A model generated the notes under the pieces. It searched no databases, was not told the origin of the DNA, and worked only from the letters and a program-made list of their open reading frames with translations. The translations under genes and the position numbers were made by a program. A stretch of DNA of 64,000 nucleotides, taken from an uncultured Rikenella sp. GTDB taxonomy: Bacteria; Bacteroidota; Bacteroidia; Bacteroidales; VadinHA17. Of the stretch, positions 37,301-45,677 are shown in pieces (position 1 is the stretch's first letter; every line of letters begins with the position of its first letter). The DNA is taken from positions 26,381-90,380 of the forward strand of contig CAZVLJ010000002.1 in NCBI GenBank assembly GCA_964627825.1, given 5' to 3'.

Positions 37301-38437
37301 CTATGAGAGTCTGTTGCGATAATCAGTGTACCCGAACTCCCTGACCAGCCTGAATTTCTGATCAGCAGTCCAGATGCCGATATGAGGATGGGGCACACCG
37401 TTGAAGGTGGTGGTCTTGACCATTGTATAATGTATCATGTCCCAGAAGATAATCCTGTCACCGGGATTCAGTTCACGATGGAACGACCAGTCTCCCATGA
37501 AGTCACCTGAGAGGCATGAGTTCCCTCCCATGCGGTAGGTGGGTTTTCCCGGTACCGGGTCAAAGGCTCCCATGATTACAGGTTTGTATGGCATCTCGAG
37601 GCAGTCAGGCATGTGTGCTGTGAATGAAACATCAAGCATGGCGGTCTGTATTCCATCACGTACAATTATATCCTCCACAGTAGCCACCAGTTCACCTGTT
37701 TCCCATGCAAAGGCGCTTCCCGGTTCAAGGATGATATGGATGTCATACTTCTCCCTGAATGTTTTCAGCAGGCCTATGAGATGGTCAGTGTCATAATCTT
37801 TCCGTGTCATCAGATGACCACCACCCATATTGAGCCATTTCAGTTTCGGCAGGAGGTGCCCGAATCTCTTCTCAACCACCTGCAGTACCTTTTCAAGTGT
37901 ATAGGAATCAGACTCGAACAATACATGGAAGTGCAATCCTTCAACTCCTTCCGGCAGTCCGTCAGACAGTTCGTCTGCGGTAACCCCGAGCCGTGACCCG
38001 GGAGAGCACGGGTTATAGATACCTTGGGCAATCTCAGAATACTCAGGATTGATCCGCAGGCCGGGTGAGATATGTTTTCCTTCGCGCTGCAGTACCGGTG
38101 CATATTTCCTGTATTGCGCCAGGGAGTTAAAGGTGATATGCGAGCTGTAGCGAAGAATGGTTCCGAACTCTTCACGGCGGAAGGCGGGGGCATAGGTATG
38201 TGCCGGCACGCCCATCTCCTCATAGCAGAGCCTGGCTTCATGGATGGAGCTGGCTGCCGCGCCGGAGACAAATTCGCGCACTACCGGAAAGACTGACCAC
38301 ATGGCGAAGCCTTTGAATGCCAGTATGATCTCCGTGTCTGAGGTCTGTGCCACATTTTTAATGAGGAGGAGATTCCGCCTCAGCCTCTCCTCGTCAATGA
38401 CATAGCACGGAGAGGGAACCTTGGTGTAGTCAATCAT
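37301..38437 (-). CDS. nspC: Carboxynorspermidine decarboxylase
   Basis: 378 aa, PLP fold-III decarboxylase-like (PCYVIDEERLRRNL.., ILAFKGF, LNMGGG). Immediately downstream of the carboxynorspermidine dehydrogenase gene. Confidence 0.9.
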   Translation of the reverse strand: MIDYTKVPSPCYVIDEERLRRNLLLIKNVAQTSDTEIILAFKGFAMWSVFPVVREFVSGAAASSIHEARLCYEEMGVPAHTYAPAFRREEFGTILRYSSHITFNSLAQYRKYAPVLQREGKHISPGLRINPEYSEIAQGIYNPCSPGSRLGVTADELSDGLPEGVEGLHFHVLFESDSYTLEKVLQVVEKRFGHLLPKLKWLNMGGGHLMTRKDYDTDHLIGLLKTFREKYDIHIILEPGSAFAWETGELVATVEDIIVRDGIQTAMLDVSFTAHMPDCLEMPYKPVIMGAFDPVPGKPTYRMGGNSCLSGDFMGDWSFHRELNPGDRIIFWDMIHYTMVKTTTFNGVPHPHIGIWTADQKFRLVREFGYTDYRNRLS

Positions 38438-38438
38438 A

Positions 38439-39635
38439 TCAGAGTTCGAGGTCTATATCAAACTTTTCATGCCATGGCAGGCCTAGGAAGGCCAGTTTTT
38501 CAAGGAAGGGATCAGGGTTAAACTGTTCAACATTCCATACACCGGGTTTCTTCCAGAGTTCTTTCATATACATCATGGCTCCCGTCGCAGCCGGAACGCC
38601 TGTTGTATAGCTCACGGCCTGTGTTCCTGTCGCACGGTAAGCCTCCTCATGGCTGCAGTTGTTCCATATATAGTAAGTCTTCTCCTTCCCCTGTTTGTCG
38701 AGGCCCCTGATGCGGCATCCGATTGATGTCCATCCCTTGTAGTTCTCACCAAGGTCACCCGGGTTGGGAAGAACGGCTTTCAGAAACTGAATGGGAACTA
38801 TCTCCATGCCATTATAGATAACCGGGTCAATACGTGCCATGCCAATGTTCTGAATTACGCGAAGGTGTGTCAGGTATTCCTGCCCGAATGTCATCCAGAA
38901 GCGGGCACGGCGTATGGTGGGAAAGTTTTTTACAAGTGACTCCAGCTCTTCATGGTAGATAAGATATGACTCCCTGGGTCCTATTCCAGGGTAAGTCAGA
39001 GGCTTGTGAATCTCATGAGGCTCTGTATGGACCCACTGACCATTCTCCCAGTATTTACCCTTCTGGGTCACCTCACGTATATTTATCTCGGGATTGAAGT
39101 TTGTTGCAAAGGGTTTGCCATGGTCGCCTGCGTTGCAGTCAACTATATCAAGATAGTGTATTTCACTGAAATGGTGTTTTGCGGCATGGGCGGTGAAGAC
39201 ACCTGTGACCCCGGGGTCAAATCCGCAGCCAAGTATTGCTGTCAGTCCTGCTTCACGGAAGCGTTCATGATAGGCCCACTGCCATGAATACTCATACCTG
39301 GCTTCTTCCGGCGGTTCATAGTTGGCTGTGTCAAGGTAAGCCACGCCGGTCTTGAGGCAGGCTTCCATAATATGCAGATCCTGGTAAGGAAGGGCAAGAT
39401 TGACAACAAGGTCAGGTTTGAAGGCGCTGATGAGCGATATCGTCTCATTGACATTATCTGCATCAACCTGTGCGGTCTTTATGCGGTTTCCTCCTATGCG
39501 TTCAGCAATGGCATCACATTTTGATTTAGTGCGGCTGGCAACCATTATCTCAGTGAAGATCTCCGGCATGGCCGCCATTTTGACCACCGCCACCGTAGCG
39601 ACACCACCGGCGCCAATAACTAACACTTTTCCCAT
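38439..39635 (-). CDS. Carboxynorspermidine synthase/dehydrogenase (saccharopine dehydrogenase family)
   Basis: Rossmann motif VLVIGAGGVATV, 398 aa, paired with nspC across a 1-nt gap. Confidence 0.9.
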   Translation of the reverse strand: MGKVLVIGAGGVATVAVVKMAAMPEIFTEIMVASRTKSKCDAIAERIGGNRIKTAQVDADNVNETISLISAFKPDLVVNLALPYQDLHIMEACLKTGVAYLDTANYEPPEEARYEYSWQWAYHERFREAGLTAILGCGFDPGVTGVFTAHAAKHHFSEIHYLDIVDCNAGDHGKPFATNFNPEINIREVTQKGKYWENGQWVHTEPHEIHKPLTYPGIGPRESYLIYHEELESLVKNFPTIRRARFWMTFGQEYLTHLRVIQNIGMARIDPVIYNGMEIVPIQFLKAVLPNPGDLGENYKGWTSIGCRIRGLDKQGKEKTYYIWNNCSHEEAYRATGTQAVSYTTGVPAATGAMMYMKELWKKPGVWNVEQFNPDPFLEKLAFLGLPWHEKFDIDLEL

Positions 39636-39717
39636 CAGCTTTATTTTAGGTTATTTGCAAAGGTAATTTTTTCGGACATTTTTTTAAGCCCCCGGATAGC
39701 TGTTTAAGTAAAAGTTA

Positions 39718-39725
39718 TATTTTTG
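39718..39725 (+). promoter_or_regulatory. -7 promoter box TATTTTTG for corA
   Basis: Exact TAnnTTTG, about 120 nt upstream of ATG 39847. Confidence 0.45.
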
Positions 39726-39810
39726 CACTCGTATCAATACAGTTGTCTTTTATGGACGATTATCACGCGAGCCGATTATTAATTTCGTTCTGCTGAGGAA
39801 AGCCTGAACC

Positions 39811-39843
39811 GGTACCTCCGTGGAACACAAAAGAGGAGGTACT
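39811..39843 (+). promoter_or_regulatory. Shine-Dalgarno-sequestering hairpin in the corA leader
   Basis: GTACCTCC (39812..39819) pairs perfectly with GGAGGTAC (39835..39842), with a 15-nt loop. GGAGG lies 7 nt upstream of ATG 39847. Confidence 0.55.
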
Positions 39844-39846
39844 AGA

Positions 39847-40776
39847 ATGATTACTTACTGGCAGATGATCCCAAACGGTCTCCTTCCGTTAAACTCATTT
39901 GAAAAAGGTTGCATTGTAAACGTCACGGACCCTACTCCTGCAGAGTTGGGTATTCTGAAAACCACCCTGAAGGTTCCTGAGGACTTTCTTGCTGATATAC
40001 TTGATGTTGACGAGCGATCTCGCATGGAGGTAGAGGATGACACGCTGCTGATGATCTATCGTATCCCCTATCAGAACCAGGCGAATGGCATACCTTTTAC
40101 AACTATTCCCCTTGGGCTTGTGCTTGACAAGAACAGCCTGGTGATCATCTGTCAAAGAAACAATGAAGTACTTGAAGATTTTTTCAGCCGCAGCGGTAAG
40201 GGAATAACCATTGAGACGAAGATTGACCTTATACTCCACCTCTTCCTGAGGACAACCATGTTTTACCACCGTTACCTGAAGCAGATAAACAACCAGACGG
40301 CCATGATTGAGCAGGATCTGGAAAAATCTACCCGTAACCAGGAGCTGCACAGGCTGCTGAAGATGGAGAAGTGCCTGGTATACTTTACCACGTCACTGAG
40401 GTCAAATGAAATGATGATGCTCAAGCTCAAAAACTCCAAATGGATACGTGATTACGAATTCTCATCTGACCTGCTTGAAGAAGCCACCATAGAGAACAGG
40501 CAGGCGATTGAGATGGCGAAGATATACAGTGACATCCAGAGCGGGATGATGGATGCCTTTGCCTCTGTGATATCAAACAACCTGAGCATAGTAATGAAGT
40601 CCCTGACCATTGTTACAATCATACTTATGGTGCCTACACTGGTTGCCAGTTTCTATGGTATGAATGTCCCAAACATGCTTGAAAACAACATGATGGCATT
40701 CTGGCTTATTCTCGGGGGTTCACTGATTCTGTCATTCCTCGGAGTGCTTCTGCTCAGAAGGATGAAATGGATGTAG
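39847..40776 (+). CDS. corA: CorA-family magnesium/cobalt transporter
   Basis: C-terminal two TM helices with FYGMNVP (GMN motif). Start set at ATG 39847, which has a strong SD. The longest ORF uses GTG 39820. Confidence 0.88.
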   Translation: MITYWQMIPNGLLPLNSFEKGCIVNVTDPTPAELGILKTTLKVPEDFLADILDVDERSRMEVEDDTLLMIYRIPYQNQANGIPFTTIPLGLVLDKNSLVIICQRNNEVLEDFFSRSGKGITIETKIDLILHLFLRTTMFYHRYLKQINNQTAMIEQDLEKSTRNQELHRLLKMEKCLVYFTTSLRSNEMMMLKLKNSKWIRDYEFSSDLLEEATIENRQAIEMAKIYSDIQSGMMDAFASVISNNLSIVMKSLTIVTIILMVPTLVASFYGMNVPNMLENNMMAFWLILGGSLILSFLGVLLLRRMKWM

Positions 40777-40804
40777 CAGGCAATACCGGATCTCCATCAC
40801 CGAG

Positions 40805-42250
40805 ATGACAAGAATAAACCTGAATGCAATAATAAAGCTGGCAGGGCTGATTATGATCATAATCGGCTGTTCCTTCCTGTTATGCATTCCCGTTGCACTT
40901 CTATACTCGGAGAGCATCAGACCCTTTGTTTTCTCAGCGCTGGCAGCCTGCCTGCCGGGCCTGCTCTTCTTTAAGCTTACTCCCGGGTCAGTCAGGGACA
41001 AGATAAGCGCTAAAGAGGGCTATCTTAATGTGGCAATCTCATGGATCATGCTGGCACTCCTTGGTACACTCCCCTATCTCTTCAGCGAATCGGTGTCAGG
41101 ATTTATCAATGCATTCTTTGAATCAATGTCAGGATTCACCACTACCGGGGCTACAGTTATTGGCAACGTTGAGATGTTGCCAAGGTCAATACTCTTCTGG
41201 CGCAGCCTGACCCACTGGATAGGCGGCGTAGGTGTTATCCTGCTCGTGATTGTGATATTGCCAAACATGAAAGCAGGCGGATACCACCTCTTTACCCTGG
41301 AGTCATCAATGAAACAGAAGATACTTCCGAAGACAAGATCAATAGCATCAACAATCCTGATCATCTATCTGGCTATGACCATTCTTGAGGTGGTACTGCT
41401 GCGGCTGGGAGATATGAACCTGTTTGACAGCATATGCCACACTTTTGCCACCGTAGCCACTGCCGGCTTCTCAACCAGGAATACAAGTATCTCTGAGTAT
41501 TCTCCATATATTCAGTATGTTATAGCCATATTTATGTTTCTGGGAGGGATCAGCTATATTGTATATTACCTCCTGGTTAAACGGGAGTTCAGAAAGATTG
41601 CATCATTTGAAGAGGTCTGGTTCTACTTATTCTTTGTTACCACTGCTGTGGCAATAGTGACCCTGATTCTTTATACGGGAACAGAACGTAATCTTGCCCT
41701 GTCGTTCAGGCACAGCTTCTTCCAGGTGATCTCCCAGATAACGGGAACCGGTTTTGCCACAACGGACTATATGCTATGGCCCCAGGCAGGCTGGTTCCTG
41801 ATGATTCTTCTCATGCCCGCCGGCGGATGCACCGGTTCAACCACGGGAGGCATGAAGATGGCGAGGCACCTGATAGCCCTGCGCAATCTGAAGGTAGTCT
41901 TCAGAAGATTCCAGCATCACCATGCTGTTATACCGATCAAACTGAATGACAGGATTATCCCTGACAATCTGAATATTACAATTCTCTCATTCATTCTTCT
42001 TTACCTGGCTCTTGCCTTTATCGGCATGCTTGCAATTCACTTCACCGGTGTTCCTCTCATCGAGGCTGTGGGAGCCAGTGTCAGCGCCATAAGCAATGTA
42101 GGGCCGGGATTGGGAGCATCAGGCAACTTTGGTCATTACAACGCATTCACGGGTGGTGCAAAAATGATTATGGCGGCACTGATGGTTACGGGCCGCCTTG
42201 AGATCTTTACTATCCTGGCTCTCTTCACAAGGTCATTCTGGAAGAACTGA
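40805..42250 (+). CDS. trkH: TrkH-family potassium uptake protein
   Basis: 481 aa polytopic protein with repeated selectivity-filter-like motifs (SGFTTTGATV, ATAGFSTRN, TGTGFATTD, ISNVGPGLG). Confidence 0.9.
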   Translation: MTRINLNAIIKLAGLIMIIIGCSFLLCIPVALLYSESIRPFVFSALAACLPGLLFFKLTPGSVRDKISAKEGYLNVAISWIMLALLGTLPYLFSESVSGFINAFFESMSGFTTTGATVIGNVEMLPRSILFWRSLTHWIGGVGVILLVIVILPNMKAGGYHLFTLESSMKQKILPKTRSIASTILIIYLAMTILEVVLLRLGDMNLFDSICHTFATVATAGFSTRNTSISEYSPYIQYVIAIFMFLGGISYIVYYLLVKREFRKIASFEEVWFYLFFVTTAVAIVTLILYTGTERNLALSFRHSFFQVISQITGTGFATTDYMLWPQAGWFLMILLMPAGGCTGSTTGGMKMARHLIALRNLKVVFRRFQHHHAVIPIKLNDRIIPDNLNITILSFILLYLALAFIGMLAIHFTGVPLIEAVGASVSAISNVGPGLGASGNFGHYNAFTGGAKMIMAALMVTGRLEIFTILALFTRSFWKN

Positions 42251-42289
42251 CCCGGGTTTCTGCCATAATCTGCGTCTGTATCCGCCTTT

Positions 42290-43027
42290 TCAATCTGCTG
42301 AGCCACGGTCAGCGCCGGCCAGGTGGATCCTGATCTTTTCAAGATTCCGGGGAGTGCCGCAATCAAACCAGTAACCATAGTCATGCAGGAAGGTCATTAT
42401 CAGGTTCTCCTTTGCCAGCATGAGATAAAGCGAGGTCAATGAATAGATGCCCTCCTGCATGAGTTTGAAGATTGAGGGCGAGAGTACCTGGATGCCTGAG
42501 AAACCAACCTCTTCGAGCTTCCTGCTGTTCTCAACGGTGATTATCTCCTCTCTGGTGGCATTGTTACGCCATCCGCGCAGTCGGCCTGAGGGATCAGCCA
42601 GGAGCATCCTGTTCCCGGGTCTGTGCCTGACGGCCAGTGTGGCCAGTGCTCCCGTTTCAAGATGCTGGCGGTACAAACCTTCAAGATCAAGATCGGTAAA
42701 TTCATCCACGTTATGTGCAAGGAAAGGCCTGTCATCAAAGAAGTCACGGGCTTTATAGAGTCCGCCTGCCGTGTCAAGCAGTTCATCGCGTTCATCCGAA
42801 ACAGTGATCCGATATCCTCCGGCTCGCAGTCTTTCTGTCTCACCAAGCATCTGGTCAGGGTGGTGATGGATATTGACCAGCAGGTCGTCAAAGCCTGCCC
42901 TGACAAGCTTTTCTGCTGTCAGTTCAAGCATGGTCCTGCCGTTGATGTCAGCAAGCGCCTTGGGAATTGTCTGTGTAAGCTCGCCCAGCCTTGTACCCAG
43001 GCCGGCAGCAAAGATTATGGCTTTCAT
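42290..43027 (-). CDS. Sugar-1-phosphate nucleotidyltransferase, MurU-like (MurNAc-1-P uridylyltransferase candidate)
   Basis: MKAIIFAAGLGTRLGELTQTIPKAL NTP-transferase motif; 245 aa. Directly downstream of the AmgK-like kinase, as in the amgK-murU pair. Confidence 0.75.
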   Translation of the reverse strand: MKAIIFAAGLGTRLGELTQTIPKALADINGRTMLELTAEKLVRAGFDDLLVNIHHHPDQMLGETERLRAGGYRITVSDERDELLDTAGGLYKARDFFDDRPFLAHNVDEFTDLDLEGLYRQHLETGALATLAVRHRPGNRMLLADPSGRLRGWRNNATREEIITVENSRKLEEVGFSGIQVLSPSIFKLMQEGIYSLTSLYLMLAKENLIMTFLHDYGYWFDCGTPRNLEKIRIHLAGADRGSAD

Positions 43028-43029
43028 TG

Positions 43030-44442
43030 TCAGAATGCAGAGTGTTTAACGGTCACCTGAACACCCGGCATGGAGCAGAGCATTGATGCCACCCTTTCTG
43101 CACACCATACCGAGCGGTGCTGACCACCCACGCAACCAAAGGCAGCATGAATGTCGAGTATTCCTTTTCTTCTCATCATAGGAAGAGAATTCCTTATGAT
43201 ATTGGTACAATCGCCTGCAAATGCTACTGCTTCATCATCATTATTAAAGAACTCTATCACTTCAGGATCAAGCCCTGTCAGCTCACTCAGTTCAGCTACC
43301 GTAACAGGATTTCTCAGTCCGCGACAGTCGAAGACAAATCCACTGCCACTGTCATAGCTCACTGATTTTCCCTTGACATATGAGAAGCTTTCAAGGTTTA
43401 TTCTTACCAGGTCCTGGTAGTGTTCCAGAATACGATACTTGCGCTGCAGCGGCACAGCCAGGGAGGCTTTCCTGAGTTCAGGCAGGTCAGTCTGCACTGC
43501 ACCGCTCTCCAGCAGTTCGTTCATCAGTTCCACCGCCGGCACGATGCTCTCATTGAAGGTGGGTTTGTTTTCATGCAATCCCCTGAAGCCGAACGCTCCC
43601 AGAGCCTGCATCAGCCTGATTAGTGTGAAGGCACCCTGGTACATCTCAATTGACTCCCTGGGCTTGCCTGTTGCAGTCGCAAAGAGATCAAGATGGCGGT
43701 CAATTGTAATCTTCCTGATCTTTTCAGGTATAAAGGCCTTGGCGTCATAGACAAGGGAGGCAATATCATACTGCGGTGCTCCCAGCCTGCCTCCCTGGTA
43801 ATCAATATACCACGGCTTCCCGTTGTGGAGCATTATGTTGGCCGTCTGGAAGTCGCGGAAGAGAAAGTACTCCTGGCCCGCATCCAGAAGAAAGCGGGTG
43901 AGTATCTCAAAATCACGCTCCAGCCTCGTCTCATTGAATGGCGCACCTATTAGTTTGAGGAACATGTACTTATAATAGTTCATATCCCACACTATGCTCT
44001 GTCGGTCAAAGCTCCGGTGAGGATAGCATAGCGAGAGATCCAATCCTTTTATACCCTCGGTCTGTATCCTGACAAGGTCAGCAGCAATGGTCAGGAAGAG
44101 ATTTTCCGTCTCCTCATTGAACCGTTCCTCATCAGAGCGACGCGCGAGCCAGGTAAAGAGGTTCGTATCGCCAAGATCCTCAATAAAATATATCTTTTCT
44201 TCCGGATAATAGACATACACCTCAGGTACCGGCAGGCCCTTTGACCTGAAGTGGTTGGAAAATCCCACGAAGGCTTCATTCTCCTCCCTGCTGGGATTCC
44301 ACGCGCCAATGACCTGGTCCTCACGGCAGATAAGCCTGAAATATATCCTGTCAGAACCTGACTGGGGCAGGCGTGTAATAATCTCGGGAGGTGAGCCCTT
44401 CCAGTGCCCGAACGCCTTTTCTATCTGTGTTCGTATATCCAT
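43030..44442 (-). CDS. Fusion protein: APH/choline-kinase-fold amino-sugar kinase (AmgK-like) + RapZ C-terminal domain
   Basis: N-terminal about 335 aa carries a phosphotransferase fold (FRDFQTANIML, WYIDYQGG, QYDIASLVYD). The C-terminal about 127 aa matches RapZ-C block by block (LESFSYVKG, FVFDCRGLRNP, LTGLD..V..F, FGCVGGQHRSVWCAERVA). Confidence 0.75.
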   Translation of the reverse strand: MDIRTQIEKAFGHWKGSPPEIITRLPQSGSDRIYFRLICREDQVIGAWNPSREENEAFVGFSNHFRSKGLPVPEVYVYYPEEKIYFIEDLGDTNLFTWLARRSDEERFNEETENLFLTIAADLVRIQTEGIKGLDLSLCYPHRSFDRQSIVWDMNYYKYMFLKLIGAPFNETRLERDFEILTRFLLDAGQEYFLFRDFQTANIMLHNGKPWYIDYQGGRLGAPQYDIASLVYDAKAFIPEKIRKITIDRHLDLFATATGKPRESIEMYQGAFTLIRLMQALGAFGFRGLHENKPTFNESIVPAVELMNELLESGAVQTDLPELRKASLAVPLQRKYRILEHYQDLVRINLESFSYVKGKSVSYDSGSGFVFDCRGLRNPVTVAELSELTGLDPEVIEFFNNDDEAVAFAGDCTNIIRNSLPMMRRKGILDIHAAFGCVGGQHRSVWCAERVASMLCSMPGVQVTVKHSAF

Positions 44443-44443
44443 T

Positions 44444-45571
44444 TCAGAATTTGATGATTATCTTTTTCCTGTAGAGAATGTAGCCGAATGCCCATACAAT
44501 TAAAACCTGGATTATTGCAAAAAGAAGGCTGGCCAGCTTCTGCTCCTCAAACAGCGGGCTGCATATGTTGTTGAAGATCCATTTATACAGTGACGAATCG
44601 CCAATCTTGATATTCAGCATAGTCTTAGTCCATATTCCTGCAAGTAGATAGGTAAAGAGGGCATTGGTTCCGAATGTATTGAAGAAACCTGTCCATCCTT
44701 TCAGGTTCCACATATCAATGATAATGAACAGGAGCGCCAGGATAACCATCCCGATACCACCTGCATAAAGCACGTATGAGCTGGTCCACAGCGGCTTGTT
44801 GATGGGGAAGTATTGTCCCCAAAGGAGTCCCGCCCCTATCAGCAGGATCCCGGTAAAGGTGAGCCAGCCCGGGGTCTTCCATGACTTGCCGCTGCTGCCT
44901 ATGAGCCCTCCGGCCATAAACCCAAGAAGCACCGTGGCAGTGGCAGGCAGTGTGCTGAGCAGTCCTTCCGGGTCAAATGGCATGCCGAAGCCTTTATAAA
45001 GATGCTTTTCTCCAAGGAGGGCGATGTCTACCGAGCGTGCGTAGTTACCCTCGAGTGAGTAGGGATCCGCTCCTCCCATGAAGTACATCAATGCCCAGTA
45101 CCCGAACAGGATGACTGATGCAGCTATCCAGATATAGTTTCGCCTTACAAGCAAAACTATCACTGCGCCCAGTCCCCATGCCAGGGCAATCCGTTGCAGA
45201 ACGCCCATAATCCTCAGGGTGCTGTAATCACGGGCAAAGAGGGGAAAAATGTTCAGGAACAGTCCTGCCGCAAAGATGAGCAGTACCCTTCTTATAATCC
45301 TTACGAACGAAGGGCCTGAGAAGGCGAAGTTATATTTGCGAAGCGAATAGAACATCGCAACCCCTGAGATGAACAGGAATGAGGGGAAGACGAGGTCGGT
45401 GGGCGTACATCCATGCCACGAGGCATGCCTCAGGGGAGCGTAGACATGACTCCATGTGCCGGGAGTGTTTACTATTATCATGAATGCCACCGTCATACCC
45501 CTGAATACGTCGAGAGACATCAGACGTGCCGACTTGCCGGCACTCTTTCCGGAACTCTTTGATGTTGCCAT
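44444..45571 (-). CDS. HGSNAT/DUF5009-like polytopic membrane acyltransferase
   Basis: RLMSLDVFRGMTVAFMIIVN N-terminal motif and about 10 TM helices. Start set at ATG 45571; the longest ORF uses TTG 45616. Confidence 0.75.
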   Translation of the reverse strand: MATSKSSGKSAGKSARLMSLDVFRGMTVAFMIIVNTPGTWSHVYAPLRHASWHGCTPTDLVFPSFLFISGVAMFYSLRKYNFAFSGPSFVRIIRRVLLIFAAGLFLNIFPLFARDYSTLRIMGVLQRIALAWGLGAVIVLLVRRNYIWIAASVILFGYWALMYFMGGADPYSLEGNYARSVDIALLGEKHLYKGFGMPFDPEGLLSTLPATATVLLGFMAGGLIGSSGKSWKTPGWLTFTGILLIGAGLLWGQYFPINKPLWTSSYVLYAGGIGMVILALLFIIIDMWNLKGWTGFFNTFGTNALFTYLLAGIWTKTMLNIKIGDSSLYKWIFNNICSPLFEEQKLASLLFAIIQVLIVWAFGYILYRKKIIIKF

Positions 45572-45677
45572 TTTTGTGTATTGATCCGGTAAAAATAACA
45601 AATTGAAGCCAATCAACCGGGAAAAGAATCACAAAGAAAATTGCTATTTTTGATTCCGTTTCAAATCATTCCATCCA

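Noticed and set aside
36994-37398. ORF 36994..37398 (-), 134 aa
   Set aside because: It overlaps the DUF3575 gene 3' end, a terminator, the family-1 heptamer element and the nspC 3' end. It is a read-through artefact.
39726-39810. M-box (ykoK-type) Mg2+ riboswitch in the corA leader
   Set aside because: The leader is too short and lacks M-box conserved sequences. Only the simple anti-SD/SD hairpin is supported, and that is reported separately.
676-43060. Many antisense or nested ORFs of 60-200 aa in the track (for example 676..1128, 14045..14572, 27669..28106, 35856..36464, 39895..40350, 42623..43060)
   Set aside because: Each lies entirely within, and antisense or out of frame to, a gene with clear family motifs. 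None shows recognisable motifs, signal peptides with a sensible context, or its own promoter box. They are treated as shadow ORFs.
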